Shown here: one piece after another, positions 12,801 to 26,221 of the stretch
How positions within the stretch are numbered: position 1 is the stretch's first letter
Layout of the letters: the number at the start of each line of letters is the position of its first letter
Origin: Vicugna vicugna
Lineage: Eukaryota
Assembly (NCBI GenBank): GCA_013265495.1
Contig: MU058531.1
Span: forward strand, 798,678-862,677
Direction: 5' to 3'
DNA length: 64,000 nucleotides
The notes under the pieces: generated by a model
What the model was told of the DNA's origin: nothing
Databases searched by the model: none
What the model saw: only the letters and a program-made list of their open reading frames with translations
Program-made: the position numbers and the translations under genes

Positions 12801-12975
12801 CTTTTACCCATCTTTGAATAATATATCTGCCAGATTCCAGATGAACATTTTATGGAGGAAGAGGGGTGTGATCTGGCAATCTGCAGCTTCCCCTTTGATC
12901 TCTTTTTTACCTTTTCACTGAATCTTTTAGTGTCCTACGGGAAAAGATAGTAGAACTGGTGAGAAGTGGGGATGC

Positions 12976-13165
12976 GGCACAGAGGAATACCATTAAAAAC
13001 ACAGGTTCTGAAGCCACCCATGGGATTCAGATCTCAATGCTACCACTTACAAGGTCAAAGAACAGTATTTTTAATTATCTGTCTTTGTTTTTTCATCTGT
13101 AAAATGGGGTTAGTAGCAACTTTTACATGTTATGAAAATTAAACAAGGTAATTTAATCTAAATCA
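12976..13165 (+). mobile_element. MIR SINE
   Basis: MIR core 'tttttcatctgtaaaatggggttagtag' preceded by a degenerate tRNA-like head. Confidence 0.7.
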
Positions 13166-15079
13166 GCTCCCATCAGATACTAACTGTTGTGTAAAGCTTA
13201 ACAGGAACTATTATGGCTCTGTGACTTTTCTGTTGCAATCTGCAACTGCTATCTTTTCCTTGGGTCACTCTACCCTATCCCAGGCACCCACCTCAATTAG
13301 GAGAGCTGGTTTGAAACAACAGAAATGAGTAAGGTGGATTGTTCAGTTGTACTTCCTTTACTTTTTGTGATTTTTGAACCAAGTCTCTACAGAGACATTC
13401 CACATCTACCATGAGTGTTCCATTCCTTATCCTGAAGAAGATTGAGAACACCTCTCAGCACACTCATCTCAGTGATATCACAGATCTCTGACCAATGCTT
13501 TATAGTTTGAGTTTGTAGTAGACAGCCTTTCCTTCTATTATTATAAATGATGAGTTATGCTTTTCTTGCTGTTTCCGGCATGTTTTAAGAAAATGAGGGA
13601 AATAAGTATGCCTTGTATTGAAGATTTCTACCAGAAATCTGGAATAGTTTTAATAGATTAAGAATAACCTACAAAAACTCACTTGTTGAGGTGCTCCAGG
13701 CTAAAGCCTAATCAATATAGTAAATCTGTAATAAATTAAAAAACCTCGCATGGTCATTACTTATATTTTCTACTTCTTAAGATTTTTTATTAGTTAATAT
13801 TTTAAGTTTCACTGAGGTTTTGTTTTATCACTTCTACTTTTAATTACTTAAATGTTTCTGGTTATATCCTCTCATTTCAAATACTATGTATATGTGGTCT
13901 CCATTATTTGCACTGCCAAGATTTAAACTATTTACTATCTTTCCAAAAACCTATTAATGGCTTCATTTTTCTGCTTTTATCCTTATTGATTCCATCTCCC
14001 TATTTTCATTAGCTTATTTTTTCATTTTTCTAGACTCATGAACAGGATACCTGGATTGTTTTTTTATTCTTTGTTGTTAATAAACTGTTTGCAGTGAATC
14101 ATTCTGCTCAGAATACAGCTTGGTAATACTACATCATTTTTGTTTGCATAATTATTGAATAATAATGAAATAGTCCATGGTTTGAAAAGACTAAACATAT
14201 TAACTATTCTCATTTTTTGCTTGCAAGTTAGTTCAATTTTCTGGTTAATTATAAGTAACTTATTAAAAATGCTACTGTTGTGGATATGGTAATATATATT
14301 TATTACAAAAGCTGAAAAATTGGTAAAAGCTAAAATGACACTTTGTACTAAAGAATCTAGAATACATTTCTTACTGTCCCCTGACTTTACAGAGTTAATT
14401 ATTCATTTTCAGAACAATGTAATATGTTTTATTAATTGCCAAAGAAAAACATCACCATCTGCTTAGCATCAATGACCTGTGACACTAATTGTGGTAAATG
14501 ACAGACATGACCAAGAGGGGCTAATGTTAAGCCTTTTCTTTGTTCATGGCCATGAAATGGCCTTGGATTTTGTTTTATTGGGAAAAAAAACATGTCATCT
14601 TTGCAAATCATGTTAATTTTACTGGTAGGTTAGTGAAAAGTATACTTGACAGCATATTATCACTATAGGCAAAGAATCACACCATGTTCTCCATAAAACT
14701 CTCATGAAAAAGATGGCAAAATGATAAAGAGAAGCCTCTGACAAAAACCTCAAGCCACTGGAGATATCCACTGTCTATTGGGAGGCTGTGATGAGGAAAC
14801 GGAGATCTTCCAGGAACAGAGCTAGAAACTTGGCATATGCTTATCAATACCCAATCCTATGAATTATCAAAAGATTGTGTGGAAATAACCAAACGTGTAT
14901 GCTCAAGTTGCTTCTTCCTCCTCTCAGCAGTAGCCTGAGGTTCACTGTGATCTTATGCAAATTGTCCTGTAAAAATGGCTAATACTGAAAGGATCAAGCT
15001 TAGCGTCAGGTACTGTACTAAATTCCATATATGCAAACTTTCATTTAATCTTCAAAATAACACTACATGCTTTTATTAA

Positions 15080-16310
15080 CATGATAGGCTGAACTAATAA
15101 ATACTTCTACTGCAAATGCTTAGAAATTCTGGTTAAAATAAAAGCATTTTTAAATGTATTAAGGAAGTTGGGAAAAAAAGCAAAAGCCCTGGGCATCAGG
15201 AACTAAAATGGTGGAAAATACACAAGTTGACATTGCAATAGCTAGGAGTCCATGTGAATGGTATGCAGGACAATACAGAACCAGGAGGTCTCCTCTAATT
15301 GCTAGAGGTTCAGGTCCTAATGTCCATACAGGGTGATCAGGAATTGAAATATAAATCCCACAATAAAGCCAGGACCCTCAATTGCCACACCCTCAGAAAA
15401 GGGGGAACAGATAAAACCTGCCTACTATCTCGGGGAGACAGCAATAGTCTTTTCACTATCGTACATTCTGGGTGAGTAAAAAAATTTTCCTCAGTCAAAA
15501 GCCTACATGATCTGGGGTCTAGAGTCCAACTTATAGTTCCCTTGAGTGATGAAAATCCAAGCTGATACTACTGAGACACACAGCAGAAGAAAATGAAACA
15601 CTGCTCTGAACCAGAGCCATGCGAAAGGCCTACAGAGGGAAAGGTGACATACTAGAGGTTCCCAGTCATAAACTATAAAACATGCTGGAAAATAAGCAGC
15701 AGACAGTAAGATTAATAGCCCTTAAGACTGACAAATGATCATCTGAACAAGTTTAGAATATTTTAAATGCCTAAAGAGATACAAGAAAAGAAACTATGAG
15801 AAACCATAAAAAAATACAAGAAATCTAGGGGAAAAAAAGGACTTCTAGAAATGAAAAATATATATTAATTTTTAAAACCTAATTGACTGAGAAAAAACTA
15901 ACTTAATATAGTCAATGGAAGAATCAATAAGAGCTGAGGAAATAGCCTAAGACGTATCACCAAGTGATAAAGTGATGGAGTTGTAAGGAATGTTGAAAGA
16001 TATGGCAAACCAGAAGGAAACTATCCAACATATGTCTATTAGGAATATTAGAAAATGGGCATGAAGGAGAGCAATATTCAAAGAGGTAACAGCTATGAAA
16101 CTTCCTGAATTAATAAAATACATCAAATCTCAGATTGAGTAAGTACCACAAATCCTAAAAAATTAAACAAAATATCTATGTCTACACTCATCATAAAGAA
16201 ACAGCAGAATATCAAAGATACTGAAAATTTTACAAGGCACCAGAAGAGAAAAAGATTTCCCAGCAAAGGAAGAAACTGATAGAGTTCTCAACAGCAAAAC
16301 AGAAGTAAGA
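15080..16310 (+). mobile_element. Old L1 5'/ORF1 region remnant
   Basis: A-rich, with L1 ORF1-like text 'caacatatgtctattagg...gagagcaatattcaaagaggtaacagctatgaaacttcctgaattaat...ctcagattga'. Confidence 0.65.
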
Positions 16311-16314
16311 AAAG

Positions 16315-16950
16315 TGATGAGAAAACTGAGTAAGCAAGATCAGGTCTGCTCCATAAAGACTAGTAACCTATAGTGGCAGAGTCAGAACCGAAAGTAATCT
16401 TGTAATAGGAAAGAACAAGTCTGACTCCATAGCAGAGCTGTTCCTTTAGCTCTACCCTGCACTGTTTCCTGTGCTTAGTCATGCTGGCTCTGCACTTTTC
16501 ATGAAGAAAAAAAAAAAAGTGTTGCCTATAGCCTGAAATATACAGGATAGCTCATTCTCAAGTCTCTGACCTTTAAAGGTATAATACTTTTCCATTCATA
16601 TAGAGATAAAAAGTTGCAGAACAGAGAATAACATTTGTTTTTATGGAGGTTTACAGGGACATCATGACCTGACCTCTGAGGACAGCCATAAGAACAAAGG
16701 ATTCCAACACCAAGAAGTTTGCAACAATCAACCACACCCTTTCCCCTTTTTTCAGTATAAAAGGAACCTGAATTCTGACTTGGGGAAGATGGTTCTCCAG
16801 GACATTAGCCTGCCATCTTCTCAGTCTGCTGGCTTTGTGAATTAATTTGCCCTTGTCTCAGTTTATTTGCCTGTCGTGCAGCAAGCTGAACAAGTTTGGA
16901 CTCAGTGACAACCTGACTCTAAAGCCCACATTTTTCAACACTATAGTGTT
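16315..16950 (-). mobile_element. MIR SINE split by an LTR insertion
   Basis: 'gaaaactgag...agtggcagagtcagaacc' lies before the LTR and 'ctgactctaaagcccacatttttcaacactat' after it; together they reconstitute an antisense MIR. Confidence 0.65.
16401..16910 (+). mobile_element. ERV1-class solo LTR (family A, copy 1)
   Basis: tgtaatagg...cagtgaca termini, TATA-like 'tataaaag' near 16757, TSD atct/acct; alignable end to end with 50863-51376. Confidence 0.9.
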
Positions 16951-19511
16951 CCTTTCTGGAAAATATTCTAGATAGTTTTCTTTTTTATAAAGATGAGATA
17001 AAGACAAGTCTTCTTTCTCTCAATAATTCAAGAAATGAAATTGTGAGAAAAGCCATATGTGTGACTTTTAGCAAATGTGAAATTGACCTATTATTAATGA
17101 TGTTTATAAAAATGCAAAAGGATTTGGAGCACTGCTCATAAGCCATAGTGCAGATTGTAGATTTCCACATTGGGTCTAATTAAACTATATTTAGACATGT
17201 CTGAAGGTGAAACCCTCTTGACAATGTCATGCAAAATGGAAGGTGGGTAGGTTTTAATGGATAGAACTATTTCTAATTTTTAATTAGGCATGCCATATGT
17301 AGGAAATGGAGAAATCTTCATCAGCAGATCTCAATTTCCCACATCATCTCCAAAGCATATGATCTTGGATATAAATGAGCTGGGCAACAGATCTTTAACT
17401 TAGCTAATTTTACATATGTATTTGAAATCTCAATAGAAGAAATTAATTTTTTAAATGGGACAGATTTTCCTTCATAGCTTGTTATCTAGGTCTAAAAATA
17501 ATACCCAAACTGAAGGACCAATGAGGACCTAAGCTGAAATAAATATGACCTCCCACAGTGTGAACTTTGAAGGAGAATGTATGTTCACATATATGAAGAT
17601 TTTTATCACAGCTCAGAAAGGATGAATGGCATGGAATTTTTTTTTAAGTATTTCTATACATACCTATGCCACTAAAGAACTTCAGCATTGCATCGTACCA
17701 AAGAAAAAAATCCTCAGTTAACCAGAAGGGTGTCAGAAAATTGCTATTCTGGAGTTAACACTTTTTTTTCTTTTTTAACAAAATGATTAAATTAGTGGCC
17801 AGAGGATAATCACAGAACTGGAATAGACTCAACAGTCTAAAGAAACCAAGATTATTTGCATGAAACATTGCAAGCTCACTTTTTAATAAATCAGAGGCCT
17901 ACTGGGAGGTGAGCAGTATAGCTGAAGCTTAAAAGATTAAGTTTAAATCCTTCCTATCCCATGACCTTGAGAAAGTTACTGTAATCTCTATACTTTCATG
18001 TGGATAAAGGAGATAACAATACTTACTTTTAGGCTTCTGGTAAGGATTAGACAAGATAAGGTGTCAAGAAGGAACTCTACAACTGGGAGTCATCTTTTTC
18101 TCCAATTAAATTGTGCCGAGAGTAAAGCTGATGTGAGAAGCTGTCTGGGAACTCTAGGGTTTTGGTCCTGTCATGAAAGGCAGATGCTCACACATACTTG
18201 AAATATGTGTGGTACCTGGGTACCCTCAAGAGGCAACCCCAGTAGTTGGTTTATTTTGATCCAGAATCCCCCAATCCCACCTTCTGGTCCCTAGAGATCT
18301 ACCCTAAAGAAGGCCCAATCTTCACAGCAGAGGACATGTGTTCTGCCCATTATGGTTGCTCTTGACACTTCATACAATGTCATTAGATAAGACATTACTC
18401 AGCAACCAAAAGTCACGTTAAAAATAGGTAGAAGTCAGTGAGCTAGAGATGCATTAGAATGAGGTATCAATCTATTCTACTCCATTCCATGGCTGGAGCT
18501 GATGGCACAGAGCCTCTCAGACAAGGAGCCCAAATGTCAGTCCAGTTCCAGCCTTTGATGTTTCTCATGCTACTAGGAGGAGTTCCTCAACCTTTGGCAA
18601 ATGCCTTTCAGAGGCTAGTGACCTGGTTTACAGCACACCCAAAACAAATCCTGACATCTTTCACCAAGCACAGCCCCAGCCCTTACCTGTTAGGAAAGGA
18701 ATGGTCCTGGGATGGGGTCACTAGCTCTTGCCTGTTCCCCTGTGCCAGCCATAGAACTTCACTTCCTCCAACAGACCTCTCGTCTCCAACAGCCTCCCTT
18801 CTCTCAAGACAAGGTTACTGAGCACTTACTGCACTATAATAATAGTCCTGTGTATTAAGTGTTCACTGTGAATTCAGACACAGTACTAAGTGCTTTAGCA
18901 GTTTTATCATTTTGTTTACTATTTCACTAATGTTGTAACCATGTAGGTTTTCCATTTCCTATCTGAAGGAACTGAGGTACAGAAGAGTCAAGCAACTTGA
19001 CTAACACTCTATTGGAAGCATGATCTGCTCATGACTATTCTAAACCTGGAAGAAGAAAGTAAGACATGCTCTTCTCCAGGAGCTTAGAATCAAATATGGT
19101 AGACAAACACAATTTGTTGTATACAAAACTCACAACAAAATTAGTTGGCAAGTACTCCAAGTCCATACACACTGCTTTTTTCTAAAAATATATCTCTCAT
19201 ACCAATGTCAGCTAATGACACTTGTCAATATAGCAACAGATTCATACTCTGCAAGAGGTATGGATGTTGTCAACAGATCTACAATAATCTACATGAGACT
19301 CTACCAGGGCCTTGACAGCATCTGGAACCTTAGGCCTTATGTTGCGACAATGATTCTGTCTCTATTACCAAGGAATACTTCCTCAAGACTGAGAAACCAA
19401 TAAACCAGGTAAAGAGCCCTGCAGGACAGAAGCTAACACTCACAGAGCTTACCTCAGTCTAAGATGAATAATGACTGGAGATGCTCTTCCCTAGCAGGTC
19501 AGAAAGCTCTA

Positions 19512-19646
19512 GAGGGGGAGGGTATAGTGGTAGAGTGCATGCCTAGTGTGTACAAGGTCCTGGGTTCAATCCCCAGTATCTCCATTTAAAATAAATAAAC
19601 CTAATTACCTCCCCACCCCCCAAAAAAATTTTAAAACAAAAAGGAA
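19512..19646 (+). mobile_element. tRNA-Ala-derived SINE (camelid VIC-1 type)
   Basis: Head 'gggggagggtatagtggtagagtgcatgcctag...gtcctgggttcaatccccagtatctcca' with A/B boxes, tail 'aataaacctaattacctcccc', A-rich end, and 11-bp TSD agaaagctcta (19501-19511 / 19647-19657). Confidence 0.9.
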
Positions 19647-20529
19647 AGAAAGCTCTAAGGAAACCAACAGAGCAAGGTTAATAGAACTTCTCTAGGCCCC
19701 AAGGCCCAGGCTCCCTGGGTTAGGGGATTTCATAAGTTTCATGTTATTAAGTCCTAACAAGCTCACTCCCTACCCTGGCTTTGATGGGTCACTGGTCAAG
19801 GCAGGCTCACTGAGACCTGATGACTATGGTCACTGGACAAAAAAGCCTTGGGTCTCCCTTCTAACTGGGCATGCAGCCTTAGTCACCAAGATAAATGCAC
19901 ACTGCTTCTACCCCCCGCCTCCAGAATGAAGGAAGATTACTCATCCACGGAACAATAAGTAAAAAGCCAGCAGTCACAGAAGGAGAAAGGACAAGGGCAA
20001 GAAATTAGGCAACTGACCATGAACAGACCCCATGCACATAAAGTTGGAGGATCTCCTTTTAAAGCTCAGATCTTGCCACTTCCCCTACCAAACCTTTTTA
20101 GTCTTCTGACCAAAGTTAGAATAATCAATTACTCACATCCCAGTTCCCTCAGAGCTCTGTTTACCTCCGTTACAGCATTTCTTTCGCTCTGTCTTGTAAT
20201 ACAGCATCTCTCGTCAGATTAAGAGCTCCATGAGGGCAGTAGACGGCGGCGGGGGGCGGGGGTTACTTTAATAATATCAGCTTCCCACATGCAGGAGACA
20301 GCAATGCCTAACAGAAGACCCAGTGTCAAAGCGGCACCTAACTGGAGAGGACGCCCTTCCACAATGGAAGGATCGAACAGCCCAGGAGGAAGAAGGTATG
20401 AGGCTGAGAATAAGTGCACACCATTCTGTTTGCCCCTTGACTGTTCCCGGGGTGAGAGCCACCCATTCCAAATATGCAATTGAGTGTCGGCCTTGGATCA
20501 AAGTGAGTGATAACCTTGATAACCCCCAA

Positions 20530-21230
20530 CATCTAATTCACATGAAAATCCTATCTGATCTACCTTCAAAATACATTTTTAAGTTCAGCCACTTCTGACC
20601 ACCCCAGTCCGCCAACATGCCTAATCCAGTCTTCGGTGGCAGCCCCCTAATCGCTTTGTTGGCTCTGTGGCTCCCCCACCCTGCAGTCTGTTATCTATAC
20701 AACTGACTGGGCCTTTTAAAAACAGTGTATCCCATCCCAGCTCAAAACACTCCAGTGAATTCCCATCATGCTTAAAATCCAAAGCCCCTAACATAGTCTA
20801 AGTTGTGCCCACTTCTCCCAATACCAATCCTATCTGTTTTCCTTTCACTCTTCCCTCACCCACCCTAGTCAGTCAGCCTTCTTGCTATTTCGTGAGCCCA
20901 TCTACCTATGTTTCTACCTCAGGGCCTTTGCTCTGCCTATTTCTGACACTTTCCTTCCAGATTTCCCTAAGACTCACTGCTCATGTAATTCAAGTTTAAT
21001 CTGAAATGCCATCTCTTTTGAGAGGTCTCCTCTGTTCTCTCCATCAAAAATAGTATCTCCATCATTCATAATCCTCCTATCTTGCTTTGCTTATCCTAGA
21101 GGATTTACCACTATCTGACATGTTATTTCTTTTCTGTCTCCTATCCTAGAAAGTTTCCCAAGAGCATGGGGCTTTGCCTTTGGTCACTGTTCAATCTCCA
21201 GTACAGTGCTGAAGTAGGAATGCAACAGAT
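20530..21230 (+). mobile_element. L2 LINE 3' portion
   Basis: L2 motifs 'ctcaaaacactccagtgaattcccat', 'cctcagggcctttgc' and 'aaatgccatctcttttgagagg'. Confidence 0.8.
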
Positions 21231-21442
21231 GCACAGAAAGTGATTTCTCTCAAGAATGGCATGTTCAGCGGCCGGGAAATTGCAGGCTCTGGGAGATAAC
21301 CTCAAGGGCACCTCATAGTCAGGTCAGTGAATGAGCCCTGAGAAAGGAACTCAGGTCAAAGTGGAGAGACCTCCATCTCCTGCTCCACAAAGTGAAGTCG
21401 CACAGGACATCCTGACCACAAGGTCGACATTGTCATCCACTG

Positions 21443-21690
21443 GGCAGTGGTGGCTTAAGGAAAGAGCACGGGAATTAAACCCGAAAACACTTGGGCGCGA
21501 GCCCCAATCAGCCAGTCACTAGCTGTATGACTTAGGCATCTGGCTAACCCTCTAAGCCTCAGTTTTCTCAGCGGAAAGAGGAAAATGGTAATAGGCACCT
21601 TGCAGGAGTGCATGAAACAATTCTGATGAGCTGATGTTAATGCAAGGGCCCAGGGCACTGGTAAAGGCTAAGCAATTGTTAAATTAACAT
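21443..21690 (+). mobile_element. MIR SINE
   Basis: 'actagctgtatgacttaggca...aaccctctaagcctcagttttctca' MIR core. Confidence 0.75.
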
Positions 21691-22979
21691 CCATCTGGTC
21701 TCAGAGGCAACAAGGTCCAAACTACCAAACCTTCATCTTAGATCCAGAGCGAGTGAGGGTCACAGTACTAGAGTATGAATGGAAAGGTCCAGAAAAATGG
21801 CAGCTACCAGTGAAACTGTCCCACTGACCTGTGTACTAGTATAAGTTGAAAATAAGCCTGTGCTGATGCACAGGAGAATTTACTAGCAGGTATATTTGTC
21901 CTCAAGACCTTCACCTGGCCCAGCCTGTTCTCAGACAGGAATGTCACCAAGGTGACCAAGGAGCCAAAAGTCATTCAACATCTGACAGTTCAGAAGGTAT
22001 CTCCAAAGGTCCTTGGTAATTCTGAGTTCCAAAGTCAGTAAGTCCCTGCAAGGCAGGTGTAGAAACAGTCATGAAGATTAGGGCCGGTTTTACAAATGGC
22101 TACACCTAAGATAAGTTGGTGTGTTTTGTGAATTAACTGATAACTGATAACTTTTGCCTCTAACCATTAAAGAGTCATCTGTCAAGCCCTGGTGCCTTGT
22201 ACTGAGAAAACACAGGAGGGCAGTCACAGTCCCCAAGCTGAGATTTCTAACCACCCCCCTTACTCTGGGTATCCTTCCCATCGTAACTTAGATGTAGGCA
22301 AGAGACGGCAGATGCGTGTGCAGTGAGGCCACCTCGCCTTCCTAAGCCTGCGGGTTCATCGTGGCCTGCTTCCCAGGGAGCCCTGACATGGCCGCACAGT
22401 GTTCCTGGCAGGCACCATCAACACATGGAAACTGAAACTTAAGGGGGGAAAACTTCCTAGCCCTAAAGATTGTTGAGAAGGGAGGAAGAATAATAATCCT
22501 TTTTTAAAAAAAAAAAAGTAACAAATTATAACTTATTGTTCCAGCACTGAAATATGGCCATTTTATTATTTCTGCATTGTCTTTGTTATGCATAGGTCTA
22601 GTCCTTTTTTAAAATAAAATTTTATTCAAGTGTAGTTGATTAGAATAGCCATCTTTACGTGAGTCCCTCACTCTTCCCAGGGCAGTGTGCTCATCTCAAA
22701 GCCTAGAGAAAAGCAATTATTCATTTTTTTCCCTCCCTCCTTTCCCCATTCCCCAACCCCTCCCTACCCTGAACCCTATTACACATTGGCCGTTTGGAAA
22801 CTTACTCAAGGTATTCAGTGGTACCACCTGGCTAATGAAAGACTGTTTCTTTAGCATTCTCCTTGAAATTATTCGTGAAAATGTTCTATTTCATGTTCTT
22901 TCCTTTTCCTAAAAGAAGTACCACACAGTAATTCCTTTATGATAGAAAGATGCACTGCAAACCAAGATAACTATTCACA

Positions 22980-23130
22980 AGGCAAAGCTATTATCTCACT
23001 TTGTAGATGAAGAGACTTGGGTTCAGAGAGGGTAAGTGACTTGCAATAGGTCACATAGCTCAATGACACAGCAGGACCTAAAAGCAAAGTCTTTGGAACT
23101 GAAATTCAGAACATTTTCCACTCCACCAAT
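22980..23130 (-). mobile_element. MIR SINE
   Basis: 'ttgtagatgaagagacttgggttcagagagggtaagtgacttgc..aggtcacatagct'. Confidence 0.75.
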
Positions 23131-23215
23131 CAGCTTACCTGCACAACTAAGACGGCTTCAACCCAGAACATATAGTATCATTCAAGATTGGAAAGGAGAC
23201 AAACTGAGCAAATTT

Positions 23216-23249
23216 TGTGTGTGTGTGTGTGTGGGGGGGGTGCGTGCGC
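23216..23249. repeat. (TG)n/G-tract microsatellite
   Basis: tgtgtgtgtgtgtgtgtggggggggtgcgtgcgc seen directly. Confidence 0.85.
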
Positions 23250-24159
23250 ACAAAAGACCATCACATTCTTAACAAGAAAAAGATGTGGGCGTAGACTTCA
23301 GAGGTGCTCTTCAGCAAAGTCTGAGTCTGCTTTTTGTTGCTGCTGCTACTTCAGCAATAGCCAAATTTCCTGCCTTCCACGAAGAATGGAGGGTCCCAGG
23401 AAAACGGGATGTGGTACAAAGGAAAACAGGGAACCACAAAAGGAAGACAGATCAATAGCAAAACAACATAATTTTGTATTAATTTCTTTTCACATGATAA
23501 AGATGGTTATCTAGGAAGCCAGGAGATCCTATGAACGTAGTTAAGGCAGCAGAGTACATTGTCAGGAGCAGAGAGCTGGCACCAGGTGCCTACTTCTCTC
23601 CGTGCCTCATTTACAGTGGGTCATTTACCTTTTCTTTGGGTCAGCTTCCCCAGCTGTAAAGAAAAGACAGTCACTGTACTACCTCTTCAGGTTTTAGTGT
23701 ACCTCTAAGACAGTTTAGAAAGCCCTGAGCAAAGCATCTAAAATATTTCCAATACTCAGTAGGTTAGCTACTACTATTATTAACATGATCATCATTTGTG
23801 TTCAAAAGAAATCCTAACAAGGGCTCTTTTCCTTTTCATGCCTCACCTCAGTCCGACCTTGTACCAATCAGCCCACCGCACTGGGCCCCCCATCCCTCTT
23901 CTGTAGACAAAGACAATAATAGCAGCCCTCCCCACTTTACAAAGTCCTTAACGGGCTCAAGGGGGATCAAATAGTAGAGGGTTTTTAGTAAAAAGCCTTT
24001 AATCATATACTTTCTTTTTGATTCTAGCCAGGTTCTTACATTAAAACGTGAGTTGAGCAACTGCAGTTTTTAAGGAGTGAAATGCTGGAGTCATCTGTAG
24101 CCCGGACAATGAAATGGAGAAATGTCCATGTAAGAATGGGGGTGGGTGTTGTCATGCCC

Positions 24160-25020
24160 ATCATTTATTATCCCTTTATTTCTTCACTTACAAATAAAGT
24201 ACCTGCTGTGTGCTCGTCACGCGGGTGAGGATGAGATACGGCGACGGCAGAACAGGCTGAGCCCTGCCCTGGGACTGCGTGCTTGTATAAGCAGCTGGAA
24301 GGTGTATGTGGCACACCAGCTCTGGTGCGCTGCTGGAGGATTCAAATTCATTTTGGAGGGGCAGGAAAGGACACCCTGGAAATAATATTTGAGTAGAGAT
24401 CTGAAGGATGAGGAAGCATGAACGTGGTAAAGGGGAGGAAGTCCCCAAAGTCCGCAAAAGAGTAACAAATAGGAGCCACTCAAGAGACCAAAGGAGATCA
24501 GTGGGAATGGAATTGAAAAAGTAAGGTGGGGTGGGGAGCGGGCAGGTGGGGAAGTGGGCAGGGGTCAAGCCTGACCTGCCAAGCCAGAGGTTTCGATCCT
24601 TATTCTAAAACACAACTTTTTTTTTTAATCTACAGGTTTAAAATAAAACTTAACATTTTGAAAAGATCACTCATCTGACACAATGGAAGACTGACGAGAG
24701 GGGCAGGCATGGATGCAGGAAAAGCAGTGAAAGGGAGGGCCCCTGTTGTGGTCCAGGAGGAGAAGAATGACATTTTTAACGAGCAGGTGACAATGATGAG
24801 AGAGAGAAGTAGACAAATCCAAGAAGTTCTTATGAGGAAACAGCCCCAGACTCGGTGCTAGATTAGCTCTGGGGTGAGAGGGGAGATGCTGTGTTTCTGC
24901 TTGGAGCAAACTGGGGGACAGAGGAGTGAGTCTCTGACATCAAGAATGTGCCAGAAGGTGAACACATTGAACTGACCGAGGCAACCACATGGAAGTATCA
25001 AGCAGGCAGTGGAATACAGA
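24160..25020 (-). mobile_element. L2 LINE fragment
   Basis: Antisense L2 motifs 'tcatttatt..caaataaagtacctgctgtgtgc', 'atttgagtagagatctgaaggatgagg', 'ttttgaaaagatcactc' and 'aagcaggcagtggaatac'. Confidence 0.8.
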
Positions 25021-26064
25021 GAACCTCTGAGCTGTACTTGTTTTAGGCTAAAATGTGTAGAACTCAGGAGAGATGGTCCTTTCTGATGGAGAAGAAATGA
25101 CTCAAAGGAAATGGGCTTCTCTCCCCCTCAGAAACCAGTTGCAGCCAAGATCACTACCAGGAGTTCACTCCCTGCTCTGTTCACTACCCTGACAATGTCG
25201 CCCTTCTGCCCGTCACATTTGTAGTTACAAATAGGTGTCCCTGGAGCTTTCAAATCCTCTTTACTGGAAGAGAGTGTATTTCCCTATAGGGACAACAAAG
25301 ATTGGCATCTGACAGACAGGAGTTCAAAAAAAAAAAAAACAGTAAGAATTAAAGCAGTGAGGCTTTCTAATTTTCTCTAAAACTATTGGCTTTTTCTTAT
25401 AAGCAAGGCTGGCTGAGAGCTCACAGCTCCTGAGAATCTGCAGCACTGGGACAGCTCTCTGACACAGCACCTCCCCATAACCTCTCCCTGTCTGGGTCAG
25501 GCTGCACCAGCAGCTATGATTCTCTCTGCTTCTCAGCCAGGTCCTCGTATCCATCCTCTTTGAGCCAAGAGCTAATGACCTATTGGGCCCCAACAGTGTG
25601 CCAACAGGAAGCACGGAAAAGCATAGGAAGAGGAATTCGTGGTTAGAGCTCTCCTTGTCCTTAACACTTCGGCTACTTGTGCGGGATGTCAGACTTTGCT
25701 GTTTACTAGCTCTGTGTTCTTGGACAAGTTACTTCATCTCCTTTACCGGAGACTCCTTAACTGTAAAATGGGATAATACTGCTTTCCTCATAGGATCCCT
25801 GTGTTTGTTCATCATAAACAGTGGGTGCATAGAAAGGAGACACTCTTCTCTTTGCATTATGGACTATTTCTCCACGGATGGTCCATGAACCACCTGAATC
25901 AGTACCAGAGAGGCTTACACAAAATCAGATTCCAGGACTCCCTCCATTTAGATAGAGTCCACATTTGTGTTGCACCAAGACAGAGTCTTATTATTTCCCT
26001 CAGTTTGAGGAGCCATTTCTGCCCGTGTCCTGAAAACACTGAAGACTTTTTTTTTGGTCCTAGA

Positions 26065-26221
26065 TCAATGTTTCTCAACTCTGGTGGTACATTTCATAAC
26101 ACTGATGCTCAGGCCTCTACCCGGACTACTTAAACCAGAACTCCTGAGCATGCGGTCCAGGCGTAAGTATTTCAGGAAGTACCAGATGAGTCAGTGGTAC
26201 AGCAAGACATGAGAACTACTG
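26065..26221. mobile_element. MER5-like hAT-Charlie MITE
   Basis: 'tcaatgtttctcaactct...tgagaactactg' terminal inverted repeats. Confidence 0.7.

Noticed and set aside
19512..19585. tRNA-Ala gene (also at 46657-46730)
   Set aside because: Broken cloverleaf, SINE-specific tail, A-rich end and TSDs show these are SINE heads.
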